From the NCBI GenBank assembly GCA_963833985.1, contig CAWIAD010000002.1:3808001-3872000 (forward strand): a stretch of DNA of 64,000 bases, read 5' to 3'. The notes below the pieces were generated by a model. The model saw only the letters and a program-made list of their open reading frames with translations, did no database searches and was not told where the DNA came from. Made by a program: the position numbers and the translations under genes. The DNA comes from an uncultured Planctomycetaceae bacterium (GTDB lineage Bacteria; Planctomycetota; Planctomycetia; Isosphaerales; Isosphaeraceae). Positions 1-10,758 of this stretch are shown here, one piece after another. Position 1 is the stretch's first letter, and each line of letters opens with the position of its first letter.

Positions 1-357
1 CGAGGATTCCAGGAGTGCCTGGATGCCCTTGCCGGCTTCCATCATGTCGCGGCGGTTGCAGCGCAGGGCGAAATGGACGAGCCACGACCAGAGCGCCGGG
101 TCCATACGGAACTTGATCGCCAGCGGCGAATTCTTCTGGAAGAGGGTGGCCAGGCCCTTGGCCACCATGCCCGGTTCGGCCATGGGCAGGACGTGGCTGG
201 GGCACACGAGCCCGCAGTTGCCGTGTGACGACCCCCCGCCGAAGGTGCCCTTCTCGACGACGGTGACCTTCCAGCCCGATTTCAGCAGGTAGTAGGCGCA
301 TGCGGTGCCGATGACTCCACCGCCGATCACGACCACGTGCCTGGAAGAATTGCTCAT
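1..357 (-). CDS. FAD-dependent D-amino acid dehydrogenase (DadA-like), runs off window start
   Basis: Manual translation from ATG at 357: [24 protein letters not shown]...SHGNCG, with GxGxxG Rossmann motif; ATGA overlap with the epimerase stop. Confidence 0.85.
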   Translation of the reverse strand, partial: MSNSSRHVVVIGGGVIGTACAYYLLKSGWKVTVVEKGTFGGGSSHGNCGLVCPSHVLPMAEPGMVAKGLATLFQKNSPLAIKFRMDPALWSWLVHFALRCNRRDMMEAGKGIQALLESS

Positions 358-1307
358 GAGCGAATTCCTAGCGCAAAGGGATCGTGCGGATCGATGATCA
401 GGGTGGCCTCGGCCGTGATGTAGGCCGAGCCCTTGATCCGCGGCAAAACCTTGCCCTCGGCGATCCGCACCGATCCGTCGAAGACGCTGCCGATGAGACT
501 TTCCTGCCGCCAGACTTGTCCCGGCGCCAGCTTCCCGTCGGCCGCCAGACATGCGAGCTTGGCGCTGGTGCCGGTGCCGCAGGGAGAGCGGTCGAACGCC
601 TTGCCGGGGCAGAGTACGAAGTTCTTGCTGTGGGCCCCGGGGACGGTGGGCGGGCCGAAGAGCTCGATGTGGTCGATCTCGCCGCCGTCGTCGCCGGTGG
701 TCCCCTGTGCGTTCAGTGCCTGGCGGATGCGCCAGGTGATGTCGGTGAGCCGGTCGGAGTGTGCCAGGTCGATCGTCTCACCATGCTCCTGCACCAGGAA
801 GAACCAGTTGCCGCCCCAGGCCACGTCGCCCAGGTAGGTGCGCAGGCCGGGCACATTGACCGGCACGTCCTTGGCGGTGCGGTAGCTCGGCACGTTGTCG
901 ATGCTCACATGGTTCGGCTCGTCGATCGCGAAGGCCACCACGCCCACGGGCGTCTCCAGCTTGTGCGTTCCGGGGCCGATCCGGCCCAGGTGCGCCAGCG
1001 TCACAGCCACGCCGATGGTGCCGTGGCCGCACATTCCCAGGTAGCCGACGTTGTTGAAGAAGATGACCCCCGCGGCGCACGAGGGGTCGACGGGCGGGCA
1101 GAGCAGGGCACCCACCAGCACGTCCGAGCCGCGCGGTTCGTTCACCACCGCCGAGCGGAATGAGTCGTGCCGCGCGCGGAAGACGGCCAGCCGCTCGGCC
1201 ATGGTTCCCTGGCCCAGAACAGGGCCGCCCGCGACCACCACCCGCGTCGGCTCGCCGCCGGTGTGCGAATCAATCACCTGCACGCGGTTCTTTTCCAGCG
1301 CCGCCAT
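354..1307 (-). CDS. Proline racemase family, probably 4-hydroxyproline 2-epimerase
   Basis: [14 protein letters not shown] and [11 protein letters not shown] motifs; DVLVGA (Val) and FVLCPG favour the Hyp epimerase over Pro racemase. Confidence 0.9.
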   Translation of the reverse strand: MAALEKNRVQVIDSHTGGEPTRVVVAGGPVLGQGTMAERLAVFRARHDSFRSAVVNEPRGSDVLVGALLCPPVDPSCAAGVIFFNNVGYLGMCGHGTIGVAVTLAHLGRIGPGTHKLETPVGVVAFAIDEPNHVSIDNVPSYRTAKDVPVNVPGLRTYLGDVAWGGNWFFLVQEHGETIDLAHSDRLTDITWRIRQALNAQGTTGDDGGEIDHIELFGPPTVPGAHSKNFVLCPGKAFDRSPCGTGTSAKLACLAADGKLAPGQVWRQESLIGSVFDGSVRIAEGKVLPRIKGSAYITAEATLIIDPHDPFALGIRS

Positions 1308-1331
1308 GGTCTCTCCTTCTGGGTGTCCGCC

Positions 1332-2237
1332 TCAGCCGCTTTGCGGCCGATGCGCGATGCCGTGGCGAATGATCGCCAGGATCTGCTCGCGCTCCTGCCC
1401 CACCAGCGGCAGCCGCGGGGCGCGCACACGCTCCGAGCCGTAACCGCACTCCTGCACTGCCAGCTTGATGTACTGCACCAGCTTCACGTGCGTGTCCAGG
1501 TGCAAGAGCGGCGTGTACCAGCGATAAACCTTCAGTGCCTCATCCCAGCGCCCGCTGGTGGCCAGGTCCCAGAGCAGCCGGTTCTCGGCGGGGAACGCAT
1601 TGACCAGCCCGGAGACCCAGCCGCTTGCCCCCAGCAGCAGGCTTTCCAGCACCAGGTCGTCCACGCCGCAGAACAGCGCGTAGCGCTCGCCGCTAACGTT
1701 CTTCAGGTCGGTGATCCGCCGCACGTTCTCGGATGATTCCTTGATGGCCACGAACTTCGCCTCGTCGGCCAGCTCGGCGAACATCTCGGGCGTGATGTCG
1801 ACGTTGTACGAGATTGGATTGTTGTAGACCATGATCGGCAGGTCGCTGGCGCCGGCCACGGTGCGGAAGTGCGTCATGGTCTCGCGCGGGTCGGACTTGT
1901 AGACCATCGCCGGCAGCACCATGAGCCCCACCACGCCGATGCTCGCGGCGTCACGCGCGAACCGGCAAGCCAGCGCCGTGCTGCACTCGGCCACGCCGCT
2001 CAGCACCGGCACGCGGCCCGCCACATGATCGACCGTGGCCTTGAGCAGCTCGAGCTTCTCGGCATACTCCAGCGAGCAATTCTCGCCCACCGTGCCGAGC
2101 ATGATCATGCCGTGGACGCCGGCGGCGATCATGGCGTCGAGATGCCTGAGCGTTCCCGGTATGTCCATCGCCTGGTCGGGATGAAACTGCGTGGTGGCCG
2201 CGGGGAACACGCCTCTCCAATGCACGGGCGCTGCCAT
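1332..2237 (-). CDS. Dihydrodipicolinate synthase family, likely pyrroline-4-hydroxy-2-carboxylate deaminase
   Basis: GTVGE, YNNP and IKESS motifs; context with Hyp epimerase and D-amino acid dehydrogenase. Confidence 0.85.
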   Translation of the reverse strand: MAAPVHWRGVFPAATTQFHPDQAMDIPGTLRHLDAMIAAGVHGMIMLGTVGENCSLEYAEKLELLKATVDHVAGRVPVLSGVAECSTALACRFARDAASIGVVGLMVLPAMVYKSDPRETMTHFRTVAGASDLPIMVYNNPISYNVDITPEMFAELADEAKFVAIKESSENVRRITDLKNVSGERYALFCGVDDLVLESLLLGASGWVSGLVNAFPAENRLLWDLATSGRWDEALKVYRWYTPLLHLDTHVKLVQYIKLAVQECGYGSERVRAPRLPLVGQEREQILAIIRHGIAHRPQSG

Positions 2238-2439
2238 GAGCCTGGCTCCTCAGGTCGATGTTCGAGATTGCCGACGCGGTCGAGGCGTCCTGGAGGTTTT
2301 GCGGATACGATCGATTCTACCACCGGGGCCCACCCGCCTCCACGACCCCGAGACACCACGGACAGGTTTCCCCTCGCGCGGGGCGCACGCACCGCGGTTG
2401 CGTCACGGGGCAAAACCAGGCAGCGACCGGCGTGACCGG

Positions 2440-3909
2440 TCAGATATACCCGAGCCCACTGAGACGCTCGCGGATGATTGCTTCCGCGTCTTGCTCGTCC
2501 TGGTCCGTGGTCGGTAGCTGGTGCTGCTGTGCCGGTACCAGAGGTCGGCCCTGCATCGACTCGGGAACCTCGTGGCCCGCCAGTTGCAAAAGCGTCGGCG
2601 CGATGTCCAGCAGGCTTGCCCCGGTGATCTCACCGCTCACCGCCAGACCTGGAGCCGCCAGCAAGAACGCACCACAGAACGTGGGGTTGCAGTCGTCCGG
2701 CTCGTCGTCCCGCGGCACCTCGTGGAGCCCGGCATGGCCGAGGCTGCCGGACGCGCGCCAGGCCAGGCCGCCGAACTGGACGATCAGGTCCGGCGCCAGG
2801 CCGCGCACATTTCGGTAGATCTCCTCGGGCCTGAACACTTGCGTGCCCAGCGGCTTGCCGTCCGGTCCGACCGTCGCTTGCAGCCGCGCCTGGAGCTCGT
2901 CGCGAAACGCCTCGTAGCCGGCCGGGACGATGACTCCCTGGGATTCGCGTCCGCGCACGTTCAGGAAGACCTGCGCATGGTGTCCACCGATGCACCAGGC
3001 CCGCGTCTGTTTCCAGTTTACATCCAGCTCGTCCAGGTCCGTGACCGTCTCGGGAGCACGGTTCAGCACAAGCAGTCCTTCCCGCACCAGCCACTCGTTG
3101 ATGTGGAAACGGCCCAGCATCGATTGAGAACCATGGCAGGAAACGGCGGCCAGGATGGTCTGGTCATCCAGCCGCTCCATGATCTGGCCGAGTTCGGCGT
3201 CGAGATGCGCGTAGTAGTCGGGTATGGCGGTGCGGAACGGACTGCCGGGATCATGCAGCAGGTGCCCGGGGTCGTGATCTTTGCCGAACGCTCGATGCAT
3301 CTGGTAGAGCCCGCGATCCACGAAGTGGAAATAGTCCCAGGCCTCGGTCTCCAGCAACTGTCGCGCGGCGCGAAAACGGTCGCGGCTGACGGTCGCGATG
3401 CCCTCCTGGAGCTGCCGCCGGTCCCCGAGCTGAAAACCCTTGACGAGCACGGACGGGAGCTGGACGAGACGGCGGATTTCGTCTGCAAGTGTTTCCGGGT
3501 AAGAGAAGGCCTCGAGCTTGGGATTGAGCCAGAAGTCGATGCCGACCTGCGATTTTTCGCCCGTGTCGGTGGGAAGGGAGCCCTGCGGAAGATTCAGCAC
3601 GATCGGCCGCTTGCCGAGACGGCAGAACTGACCCCAGATGGCCGGTTCCGAGTAGAGCCGCGCATCGACGACATCAGGGCACAGCTCGTACGAGCGGTCC
3701 ACTCGGTTGCGTGGTCCGTACACCCCCAGCGATCCCGGATCCTGGCTCGTCGCCAGGCACATCCAGGCGGGAAAGGGTGTGGAGGGAACCACGCTCTCGA
3801 TGCGGCCGTACACGCCGGCCGACATCAAGCAACGAATGCTGGTCAAGCTTTCGGATCCGAAGAGCAGATCGGGGTTCGCCCCGTCGATGCCAACAACCAG
3901 GATCTTCAT
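2440..3909 (-). CDS. Alkaline phosphatase superfamily / type I phosphodiesterase-nucleotide pyrophosphatase
   Basis: Starts MKILVVGIDGA; contains PAW, ASLLDIAPTLL and the C-terminal ERLSGLGYI typical of the family. Confidence 0.8.
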   Translation of the reverse strand: MKILVVGIDGANPDLLFGSESLTSIRCLMSAGVYGRIESVVPSTPFPAWMCLATSQDPGSLGVYGPRNRVDRSYELCPDVVDARLYSEPAIWGQFCRLGKRPIVLNLPQGSLPTDTGEKSQVGIDFWLNPKLEAFSYPETLADEIRRLVQLPSVLVKGFQLGDRRQLQEGIATVSRDRFRAARQLLETEAWDYFHFVDRGLYQMHRAFGKDHDPGHLLHDPGSPFRTAIPDYYAHLDAELGQIMERLDDQTILAAVSCHGSQSMLGRFHINEWLVREGLLVLNRAPETVTDLDELDVNWKQTRAWCIGGHHAQVFLNVRGRESQGVIVPAGYEAFRDELQARLQATVGPDGKPLGTQVFRPEEIYRNVRGLAPDLIVQFGGLAWRASGSLGHAGLHEVPRDDEPDDCNPTFCGAFLLAAPGLAVSGEITGASLLDIAPTLLQLAGHEVPESMQGRPLVPAQQHQLPTTDQDEQDAEAIIRERLSGLGYI

Positions 3910-4092
3910 GTCGTGAGAACCTGCGAGTCCACTCAGGGCCCGGGCGCGGGCCGGAAACGCCTGCCGGCAAGGACGCAAACGAAACGCGCGACCCCCGCGA
4001 CCGGCAAGCCATCGCGGATCCCGGCCGCCCGCGAGCCGAGCCACCAGGTAGAATAAGCCATGAGCGAACGGGTTGAGAAGCCGAGAGTTGCT

Positions 4093-4179
4093 TCACGCCA
4101 GGTCAACCAGCACCGCGCCGGCAAGGATGACCCCCAGTGCCATGCCCTTGCGCCAGCCGATGGGCTCCTTCAGCAAGAG
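4093..4179 (-). pseudogene. C-terminal remnant of an EamA/DMT transporter
   Basis: Manual translation LLLKEPIGWRKGMALGVILAGAVLVDLA*; no upstream part present. Confidence 0.5.
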
Positions 4180-4364
4180 AGGGCTCCCGCGCACCGGAAC
4201 GGACGTTCTTGGGAAGGACCGACGCCGGCCCGGAACACCCGTTGGCGGGCGACGGAGGTTTGACTATGATTCCTGCCACTTGAGTTCCCCTGCGCTCCAG
4301 GGATGGTCCTTCAGTCGGGGGAACCTGCCGCCGGAAGTGGTCGCTCGCGGCCAGGTCTCTGCCC

Positions 4365-7300
4365 ATGCGACGCGTGGTTCGGATCGTGATGCTCCTCGGT
4401 GTCGTTGGGGTAGCCGCAGGCATCCTGCCTCGCCGTCCGACCCCGTTCAAGCTGGCGCCGGGCTGGAAGATCGAGCTGGTTGCCGAGGCGCCGGCCATCC
4501 GCTTTCCGACGGCCATTGCCGTTGCGCCCGACGGGACGATCTACCTGGGGCAGGATCCCATGGACATGCCCGGGCCGCCAACGGTCCCGGCCGACTCCGT
4601 CGTTGCGATCAAGAACGGGCGGGTGCGGGTCTTTGCCGAGAACCTCTGGGCCGCCATGGGACTCGAGTGGGTTGAGGGCACGCTCTACGTCGTTCATGCC
4701 CCTTACCTCTCGGCGTTCCGCGACACCGACGGCGACGGCAGGGCCGATCAGCGGGTGGACCTCGTCACTGGGCTGGGGCCACCCATCCCCGGGTTCAATG
4801 GGTTGAACAACCACATTGCCTCGGGAATTCGCCTCGGGATCGACGGGTATCTCTACATCTCGATCGGAGACAAGGGCATTCCCCGAGGCGTGGGCAGGGA
4901 CGGCACGACGATCCGGCTCCACGGCGGAGGCGTCATCCGCGTGCGGCCCGACGGCAGCGGTCTGGAGGTCGTGTCGACGGGCGAGAGGAACCCCCTGTCG
5001 GTCGCCCTCAGCGATACGGACGAGATTTTCACCTACGGCAACGACGACGGCAGCAACTGGCCCAACAGCCTGACCCACCACATCGTGGGCGGGCATTACG
5101 GCTACCCCGACGAGTTCCTGGAGCATCCGGAGCGGGCACTGCCCATCATGGGAGGCCGCGTCGGCGGCGCGGGGGCCCAGGGACTGTGCTACAACGAGGA
5201 CGGCCTGGCCGAGCGCTTTCACGGCAACCTCTTCTTCTGCGACTGGGGCCGGCGCACGCTCATACGTTATGAACTGGAAAAGTGCGGAGGCACCTTCAAG
5301 GTGAAGGACCAGGAATTCGTCGTCCGCAAGGGGACGATCAACGAGTTCCGGCCGTTTTCCATAGCCGTCGGTGATGGAGGCAACTCCCTCTTCCTGGTCG
5401 ACTGGGCCTTCAGCGGGTTTCTCGTCGCCGGTCCGCAAACGGGGCGGCTGTATCGACTGACCTACACAGGCCCGGACAGCGTGCGTGCGGCGCCCCGGCC
5501 GACGGGCCCATCGGTTGCCGATCGGCTCGTGGCGCTGGATCATCCGGCACTGTCGGTCCGTCTCGCGGCTCAGCGAGCGCTGGCAGCTCAAAGCCAGGAG
5601 ACCGAGGGGCCCCTGCTGGCCAGTCTACGCGGCAGAGGTGCGCGACGTTCGCGGCTGCACGCGCTCTGGGCACTTGATGCGATTGGCACCATGGCCGCCC
5701 GGCAGGCGATCCGGGAGGCCCTGACCGATGCCGACGCCGAGATCCGCAGCCAGGCGGCCCGATCGGCCGGAATCCGCCGCGATCGGCAGCCGTCTGCGGC
5801 CCTGACCGGTCTGCTGCGGGACGCCTCTCCGATTTGCCGCCGGGCAGCGGCCATCGCGCTGGGCAGGATTGGCGATCGCGGAGTGATCTGGCCGCTCCTG
5901 GCCGCGCTTGGTGATCCGGACCCGTTCGTGGACTGGTCGATTCGCCGGGCGATTCGTGCGCTCGGAACGCCCGAGGCCGGCACGCTGGCAGACGCCCTCG
6001 TCGATCTGCGCCGCCGGGAATCGGCTCTCAGACTCTGCGACGAATGGTGGTCGGTCGTTGTAGCCAGGGCGCTCGTCATGGCGCGCGAGCGTTCGTGCGA
6101 AGCCGCCTGGCGGAGCCGGCTCGTCGCGACGCTCGCGAGCCTGTACCGCTGCTACCCGGAATGGACCGGTTACTGGTTCGGCCCCACGCCTCTGGCCGGC
6201 GAACGTCCGCGCAAAACCAGTGAATGGGAACCGGAAGGCATGACGGAAGTGTTCGAGGGTCTTGTCGCGGCCCTCGACGATCCCGCGCCTGCGGTCCGGC
6301 GCAGCGCGATCGGCGGCCTGGCGGACGTTGGCCCGCGCGCGTTGCCCCGGCTGCGAGCCGCCCTGAGGCGGGAACGCGATCCGGCGAACCTCGCCCTGCT
6401 GGTCCAGGCGATGGGACGGCTTGGCGATCGCGAGTCCGTCCCCGTGCTGAGAGGCCTGCTCAAGGATCCGCGCGGCGACGAACAGGTGCGAGCTGCCGCG
6501 CTCGATGTGATCCAGGCCGCCGGCGGGCCGAACGCCCGGGTGGTGCTGCGGGAAGTCGCCCGTGACGCGGCCGCACCCCTGCCCCTGGTGGCACGAAGCA
6601 TCTCCGCTCTCGGCCGCGAGGGATTTCTCTCCCCAGGTGAACTCGAGACGTATCTCGATCACGCTGACCCGACGATCCGTATCGCCGCGCTCACAGGGCT
6701 GGGTAGTCCCTCCACGCCGTCGATTTGCCGCGCCATCATCGGCCGGCTGGATGACCCCTGCGCCGAGGTGCGCCTGGTCGCCATCAGGAGAGCCGGCTCG
6801 CTCAAGATCCGCGCGGCCATTCCCAGGCTGCTGGAACTCTCCGGCGATGCTGCGTTTCGGGCCGAGGCGATCAGCGCCCTGGCCGCGGTTCCCGATCCGG
6901 CGGGCATGGACGTGTACCTGAAGGCCCTCGATGACCGGGCGCCCGACGTGCGACGCGCCGGCGATGCCGCATTGAACGCCATCCGTGATCTCGTCGCGGA
7001 GACCCTCAGGTCGCGAGTTCAGGGGGGCCAACTGTCGGAACAGGCCGCCCTGGCGGTGGAACGCGTCCTGGTGCAATTTCAGCCGGTCACCGAATGGAGG
7101 GTGATCGGCCCCTTCCCCAGCAACATGGGCCGGCCCTTTGCCAATCCGGATGCAATCGATTTCACCGGAAGCCACGTCGGCGCCCTGGGCCGCGTGATCG
7201 CCTGGACTGAAAGGCAAGGTGAGACGGCAACCGGGCGAGTCGTGATCGACGACCTGAAATCTCATGCAGGCGGTCGAGCGGATTCGGGATTCGACCAGCG

Positions 7301-8066
7301 CGTGTCGGCCGACCTGGCGGCCGTGGGCGTCGCCAACCTCGGCTCTGATGAGGATCGCTCGGCCTTGTTGCTGGCCGGTTCCAGCGGCACGATCACCATC
7401 ACCGTGAACGGATCGGTCGTCCTGCACACCGACAGCAACGCCGGCCGGGTGTACGCTCCCAGCTCGGATACCGCCCGGATCACGCTCAGAAAGGGATCGA
7501 ACCGGATCATGGTGCAGTCCCGGCAGGGCATCGGCGCCTGGTCATTCAGCGTCCAGGTCTCGGACAGGAGCGACCCCGGAGTTGTGATGCGAAGCGCCCC
7601 GAAGACCAGGGAATCGCTGCGCACTTATGCCCGCTCTCATGCGGGCGTCGCCATCCGCGGCGAAGCCCTCTTCTTTGACCCGAACGGGATTGGCTGCGTG
7701 AAGTGCCACACCGCTGGACGCCGCGGCTCGGCGCGCATCGGCCCGGACCTCTCCGGCTTGTCGCTCAAGTACGACCGAGAGGAGATCGTCCGCTCAGTCC
7801 TCGAGCCTTCCAGTCGCATCGCCAGCGGCTACCAGCCAGTGCTCATCGCCCGGACGGACGGCACCGTCTTGACCGGCCTGGTTCGCGGCGAGACCGCCAC
7901 CGACATCGAGCTGGTCGGCCCGGATCTGAAGCCCGTCCGCGTCTCCCTGGCCGACATCGACGAGCGGCGGACCGCGGATACCTCGCTCATGCCCGCCGGG
8001 CTCGTCGATGCCCTGTCGCCCGATGAATTTGCCGACCTGATCGCTTTTCTGGAATCGCTCAGATAG
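4365..8066 (+). CDS. PVC-type heme-binding protein (dehydrogenase-like propeller, HEAT repeats, cytochrome c domain)
   Basis: 1233 aa; signal/anchor, DTDGDGRAD, HEAT-like repeats, C-terminal CVKCH...IGPDL...SLMP. Confidence 0.88.
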   Translation: MRRVVRIVMLLGVVGVAAGILPRRPTPFKLAPGWKIELVAEAPAIRFPTAIAVAPDGTIYLGQDPMDMPGPPTVPADSVVAIKNGRVRVFAENLWAAMGLEWVEGTLYVVHAPYLSAFRDTDGDGRADQRVDLVTGLGPPIPGFNGLNNHIASGIRLGIDGYLYISIGDKGIPRGVGRDGTTIRLHGGGVIRVRPDGSGLEVVSTGERNPLSVALSDTDEIFTYGNDDGSNWPNSLTHHIVGGHYGYPDEFLEHPERALPIMGGRVGGAGAQGLCYNEDGLAERFHGNLFFCDWGRRTLIRYELEKCGGTFKVKDQEFVVRKGTINEFRPFSIAVGDGGNSLFLVDWAFSGFLVAGPQTGRLYRLTYTGPDSVRAAPRPTGPSVADRLVALDHPALSVRLAAQRALAAQSQETEGPLLASLRGRGARRSRLHALWALDAIGTMAARQAIREALTDADAEIRSQAARSAGIRRDRQPSAALTGLLRDASPICRRAAAIALGRIGDRGVIWPLLAALGDPDPFVDWSIRRAIRALGTPEAGTLADALVDLRRRESALRLCDEWWSVVVARALVMARERSCEAAWRSRLVATLASLYRCYPEWTGYWFGPTPLAGERPRKTSEWEPEGMTEVFEGLVAALDDPAPAVRRSAIGGLADVGPRALPRLRAALRRERDPANLALLVQAMGRLGDRESVPVLRGLLKDPRGDEQVRAAALDVIQAAGGPNARVVLREVARDAAAPLPLVARSISALGREGFLSPGELETYLDHADPTIRIAALTGLGSPSTPSICRAIIGRLDDPCAEVRLVAIRRAGSLKIRAAIPRLLELSGDAAFRAEAISALAAVPDPAGMDVYLKALDDRAPDVRRAGDAALNAIRDLVAETLRSRVQGGQLSEQAALAVERVLVQFQPVTEWRVIGPFPSNMGRPFANPDAIDFTGSHVGALGRVIAWTERQGETATGRVVIDDLKSHAGGRADSGFDQRVSADLAAVGVANLGSDEDRSALLLAGSSGTITITVNGSVVLHTDSNAGRVYAPSSDTARITLRKGSNRIMVQSRQGIGAWSFSVQVSDRSDPGVVMRSAPKTRESLRTYARSHAGVAIRGEALFFDPNGIGCVKCHTAGRRGSARIGPDLSGLSLKYDREEIVRSVLEPSSRIASGYQPVLIARTDGTVLTGLVRGETATDIELVGPDLKPVRVSLADIDERRTADTSLMPAGLVDALSPDEFADLIAFLESLR

Positions 8067-8520
8067 CGAACTGGTCGGTCTGGCGACCCGGCCATGGGCC
8101 GGTGCAACTCCGTCATGACGCCTGGGTTTTTTTGTGTGCGTCCGCTGAACCCCGTTCCGATCGGCGGCTCGGCTCAGCCGCCGCCACGGGGACGGTGCGC
8201 TGACATCGGGGTAGGATCGCAAACGGACAAAAACCAACGCTCGGTGCTGACCGTCGGTTCAGTAGTGTGCCCTCGGCATCGACTGAGGGACGAACGGACT
8301 TCTCAAGCGATGGGCGGGGTCAGCTAGAATCAACGACTGGTCCTCGGTGTGCATTCCTCCCTCGTGCACCGGGGGACTCGCCCTGCCGACGGGCCGGGAC
8401 TCTCGGCGACCCAGCCCGATCGCCAGGACTTGTCTCCTCTTGGGAAAAAGTTGGAGCAATCATCCTCCCCGGGCCCATTATCACCAGATGCCGAGACAAA
8501 CCGTCCGGGAGGAATGACGG

Positions 8521-10374
8521 ATGAAGGATGGTCAGCGGGCCTTTCTCCGATACATCGAGGCGCTCTTCGATGGGGGGGCGGTCGCAGAGCAGACCGATCG
8601 CCAGCTGCTCCAGGTGTTCACCGGCGGCGACCGGATGGCCGCCGAGCTGGCCTTCACGGTCCTGGTGAAGCGGCATGGCCCGATGGTCTACCGGGCCTGC
8701 CAGGCGATCCTCTCCGATCCGCACGCGGCCGAGGATGCATTCCAGGCGACCTTCCTTGTCTTGGCCCGCAAGGCGGGGGGGCTGTGGGTCCGCGGCTCGC
8801 TGGGGCCATGGCTCCTGTCCGTCGCACATCACGTCGCCCGCTGCGCCCGCGGAGGCGCGTCCCGACAGCGCGCCCACGAGCGGAGGGCCGCCGCGCTGGC
8901 GATGCCGACCGTCCGTGACGAGGCGTGGGATGATCGCGATGCCATCCTCCATGAGGAATTGCGCCGTCTGCCGGAGAGGTACCGCGCCGTGGCCATCCTC
9001 TGCGACTTGGAGGGATTGACGCAGAAGCAGGCGGCAGACCGGCTCGGCTGGCCTGACGGGACGGTCCGCAGCCGTCTGGCGCGGGCGCGGGACCGCTTGC
9101 GCGAACGCTTGACCCGGCGGGGTATGGCCCCCGCTGTCATCCCAGCGGCGCCGAGACCGTCGATCGATCAGCCGTCGGCGGCGCTGGTGCAGAGCATCGT
9201 GCAGGCCGCCCTCCGGCCCGTCTCGGGTCAGGTGCTCGGCTCAATGGAGGCGGCCGAAGTGGTTCCGGATCCTGTCGCGACCTTGGCAGAGAAAGGGATG
9301 AGGACCATGTGGCTCGCCCGATGGAAGACGCTCGCAGGCGCCCTGGTGATCCTCGGCGTCAGTACCGCCCTGGTACGGGCCTTCGCCCAGAAGCCGAAGG
9401 ACCCCGCCAGGCCGGGGGTGGCCGAGGCACAAGCCGCGGGCGCCGCGCTGCCGGCGGTCGAGGAGGGCCGGGTCACCGACACCCGTCCCGCCACCCCGCG
9501 CGTCCTTCCCGTCGCCGAGGGCGGCGTCCGGGCCGTGGCCTTCGACCCGGAGGGCCGCATCGCCGCCGGTTACGCCTTCAGCTTCCCAGCCGGCGGCCGC
9601 CCCGACCATGGCGGCGTCGTGGTCTTCGACGCGCGCGGCGAGCGGCTCCGCCACGCGCCACTGAAGCTCAAGGAGGACGAGGGCCCCGTCGTGAGCGTGG
9701 CCTTCGGCCCGGAGGGCCACATCGCCGTCGGTTACGACGACCGTATCGGTGGTGGCGGCGTGATGATCTTCGACCGAGACGGCGTTGGCGACGAGGTGAT
9801 CTTCGACCGCGCCGGCGAACGGTTCCGGCCGGGGACGCTGGACGTCAAGGAGGGCGTCGTCAAGAGCATGGCCTTCGGCCCGGAGGGCCGCATCGCCGCC
9901 AGTTATGCCAGCGGCGCTGGCTGCGGCGTGGTGCTCTTCGACGCGCGCGGCGAGCGGCTCCGCCCGGCGCCGCTGAAGGTCGATGAGGGCGAGGTCTGGG
10001 GCGTGGCCTTCGGCCTGGAGGGCCGCATCGCCGTCACTTACTCCCACGGCTTCGAGCGCGGCGGTGTGGTGCTCTTCGACGTGCGCGGCGAGCGGCTCCG
10101 CAACGCGCCGCTGAAGGTCGAGCAGGGCGAGGGCATGATCAGGGGCGTGGCGTTCGGCCCGGAGGGCCGCATAGCCGTCGGTTACGTCGGCCGCCGCCCC
10201 GACCCCAGCGGCGTCGTGCTCTTCGACGCGCGCGGCGAGCGGGTCCGCCCGGCGCCGCTGAAGGTCGATGAGGGCGAGGTCTGGGGCGTGGCCTTCGGCC
10301 TGGAGGGCCGCATCGCCGCGGGATACGAGGACACCCGCGGCAGCGGCGGTGTGGTGCTGTTCGACGCACCATGA
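8521..10374 (+). CDS. ECF sigma-70 factor with TM segment and WD40-like repeat extension
   Basis: Region 2 [12 protein letters not shown], region 4 [15 protein letters not shown], hydrophobic helix, six VAFGxEGRIA...GVVLFD repeats. Confidence 0.9.
   Translation: MKDGQRAFLRYIEALFDGGAVAEQTDRQLLQVFTGGDRMAAELAFTVLVKRHGPMVYRACQAILSDPHAAEDAFQATFLVLARKAGGLWVRGSLGPWLLSVAHHVARCARGGASRQRAHERRAAALAMPTVRDEAWDDRDAILHEELRRLPERYRAVAILCDLEGLTQKQAADRLGWPDGTVRSRLARARDRLRERLTRRGMAPAVIPAAPRPSIDQPSAALVQSIVQAALRPVSGQVLGSMEAAEVVPDPVATLAEKGMRTMWLARWKTLAGALVILGVSTALVRAFAQKPKDPARPGVAEAQAAGAALPAVEEGRVTDTRPATPRVLPVAEGGVRAVAFDPEGRIAAGYAFSFPAGGRPDHGGVVVFDARGERLRHAPLKLKEDEGPVVSVAFGPEGHIAVGYDDRIGGGGVMIFDRDGVGDEVIFDRAGERFRPGTLDVKEGVVKSMAFGPEGRIAASYASGAGCGVVLFDARGERLRPAPLKVDEGEVWGVAFGLEGRIAVTYSHGFERGGVVLFDVRGERLRNAPLKVEQGEGMIRGVAFGPEGRIAVGYVGRRPDPSGVVLFDARGERVRPAPLKVDEGEVWGVAFGLEGRIAAGYEDTRGSGGVVLFDAP
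9520..10370 (+). repeat. Intragenic tandem repeats (about 45 aa units) encoding propeller blades
   Basis: Recurrent gtggccttcggcc(c/t)ggagggccgcatcgcc; segments near 9928-10033 and 10214-10319 are almost identical. Confidence 0.85.
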
Positions 10375-10380
10375 GACCTT

Positions 10381-10758
10381 TTATCCGCACCATGCGGATC
10401 TGCTGGCAGATCGCGCACACCAGAACCGACGCTCACCACGCTCGAACAGCCCGACGACGCGCACGAGGGTCCGGGGATCGAAGCCGGCTGAGACGCGCAC
10501 CGATCGTCCGTTGGCGAGGACGAACTCGATGCCGACCGGGGACGGCTCGGTCGTCTCGGCGAGAACATGCACGGGGAGGAAGGCGGACTGAGGCTGGTCT
10601 CGTCGCCCCAGTTCTCTGCACCACCGGTAGAACGTCATCGGGTTGAGGCTCTCAGCCCCGCAGAACGCCCGGACGGATAGACCACTTCGCTTCCAACGGG
10701 CGATGGCCTGCCGCCAGTACGGCACGCGGCTCGGTCGCCCGCGTACGGTCTTGGCCAT
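10381..10758 (-). CDS. tnpA: IS66 family accessory protein TnpA
   Basis: WRQAIARWKRSGLSVRAFC...TFYRW HTH, FLPVHV and C-terminal IEFVLANGRSVRV..GFD. Confidence 0.85.
   Translation of the reverse strand: MAKTVRGRPSRVPYWRQAIARWKRSGLSVRAFCGAESLNPMTFYRWCRELGRRDQPQSAFLPVHVLAETTEPSPVGIEFVLANGRSVRVSAGFDPRTLVRVVGLFERGERRFWCARSASRSAWCG

Noticed and set aside
5625..7427. Long antisense ORFs (also 2521-4056, 22911-24542, 37431-39170, 50476-52407 and others)
   Set aside because: Shadow frames of high-GC genes with no recognisable motifs.
9520..10370. Possible DGR template/variable repeat pair
   Set aside because: No reverse transcriptase, differences are not adenine-specific, and the repeats are in-frame protein repeats.
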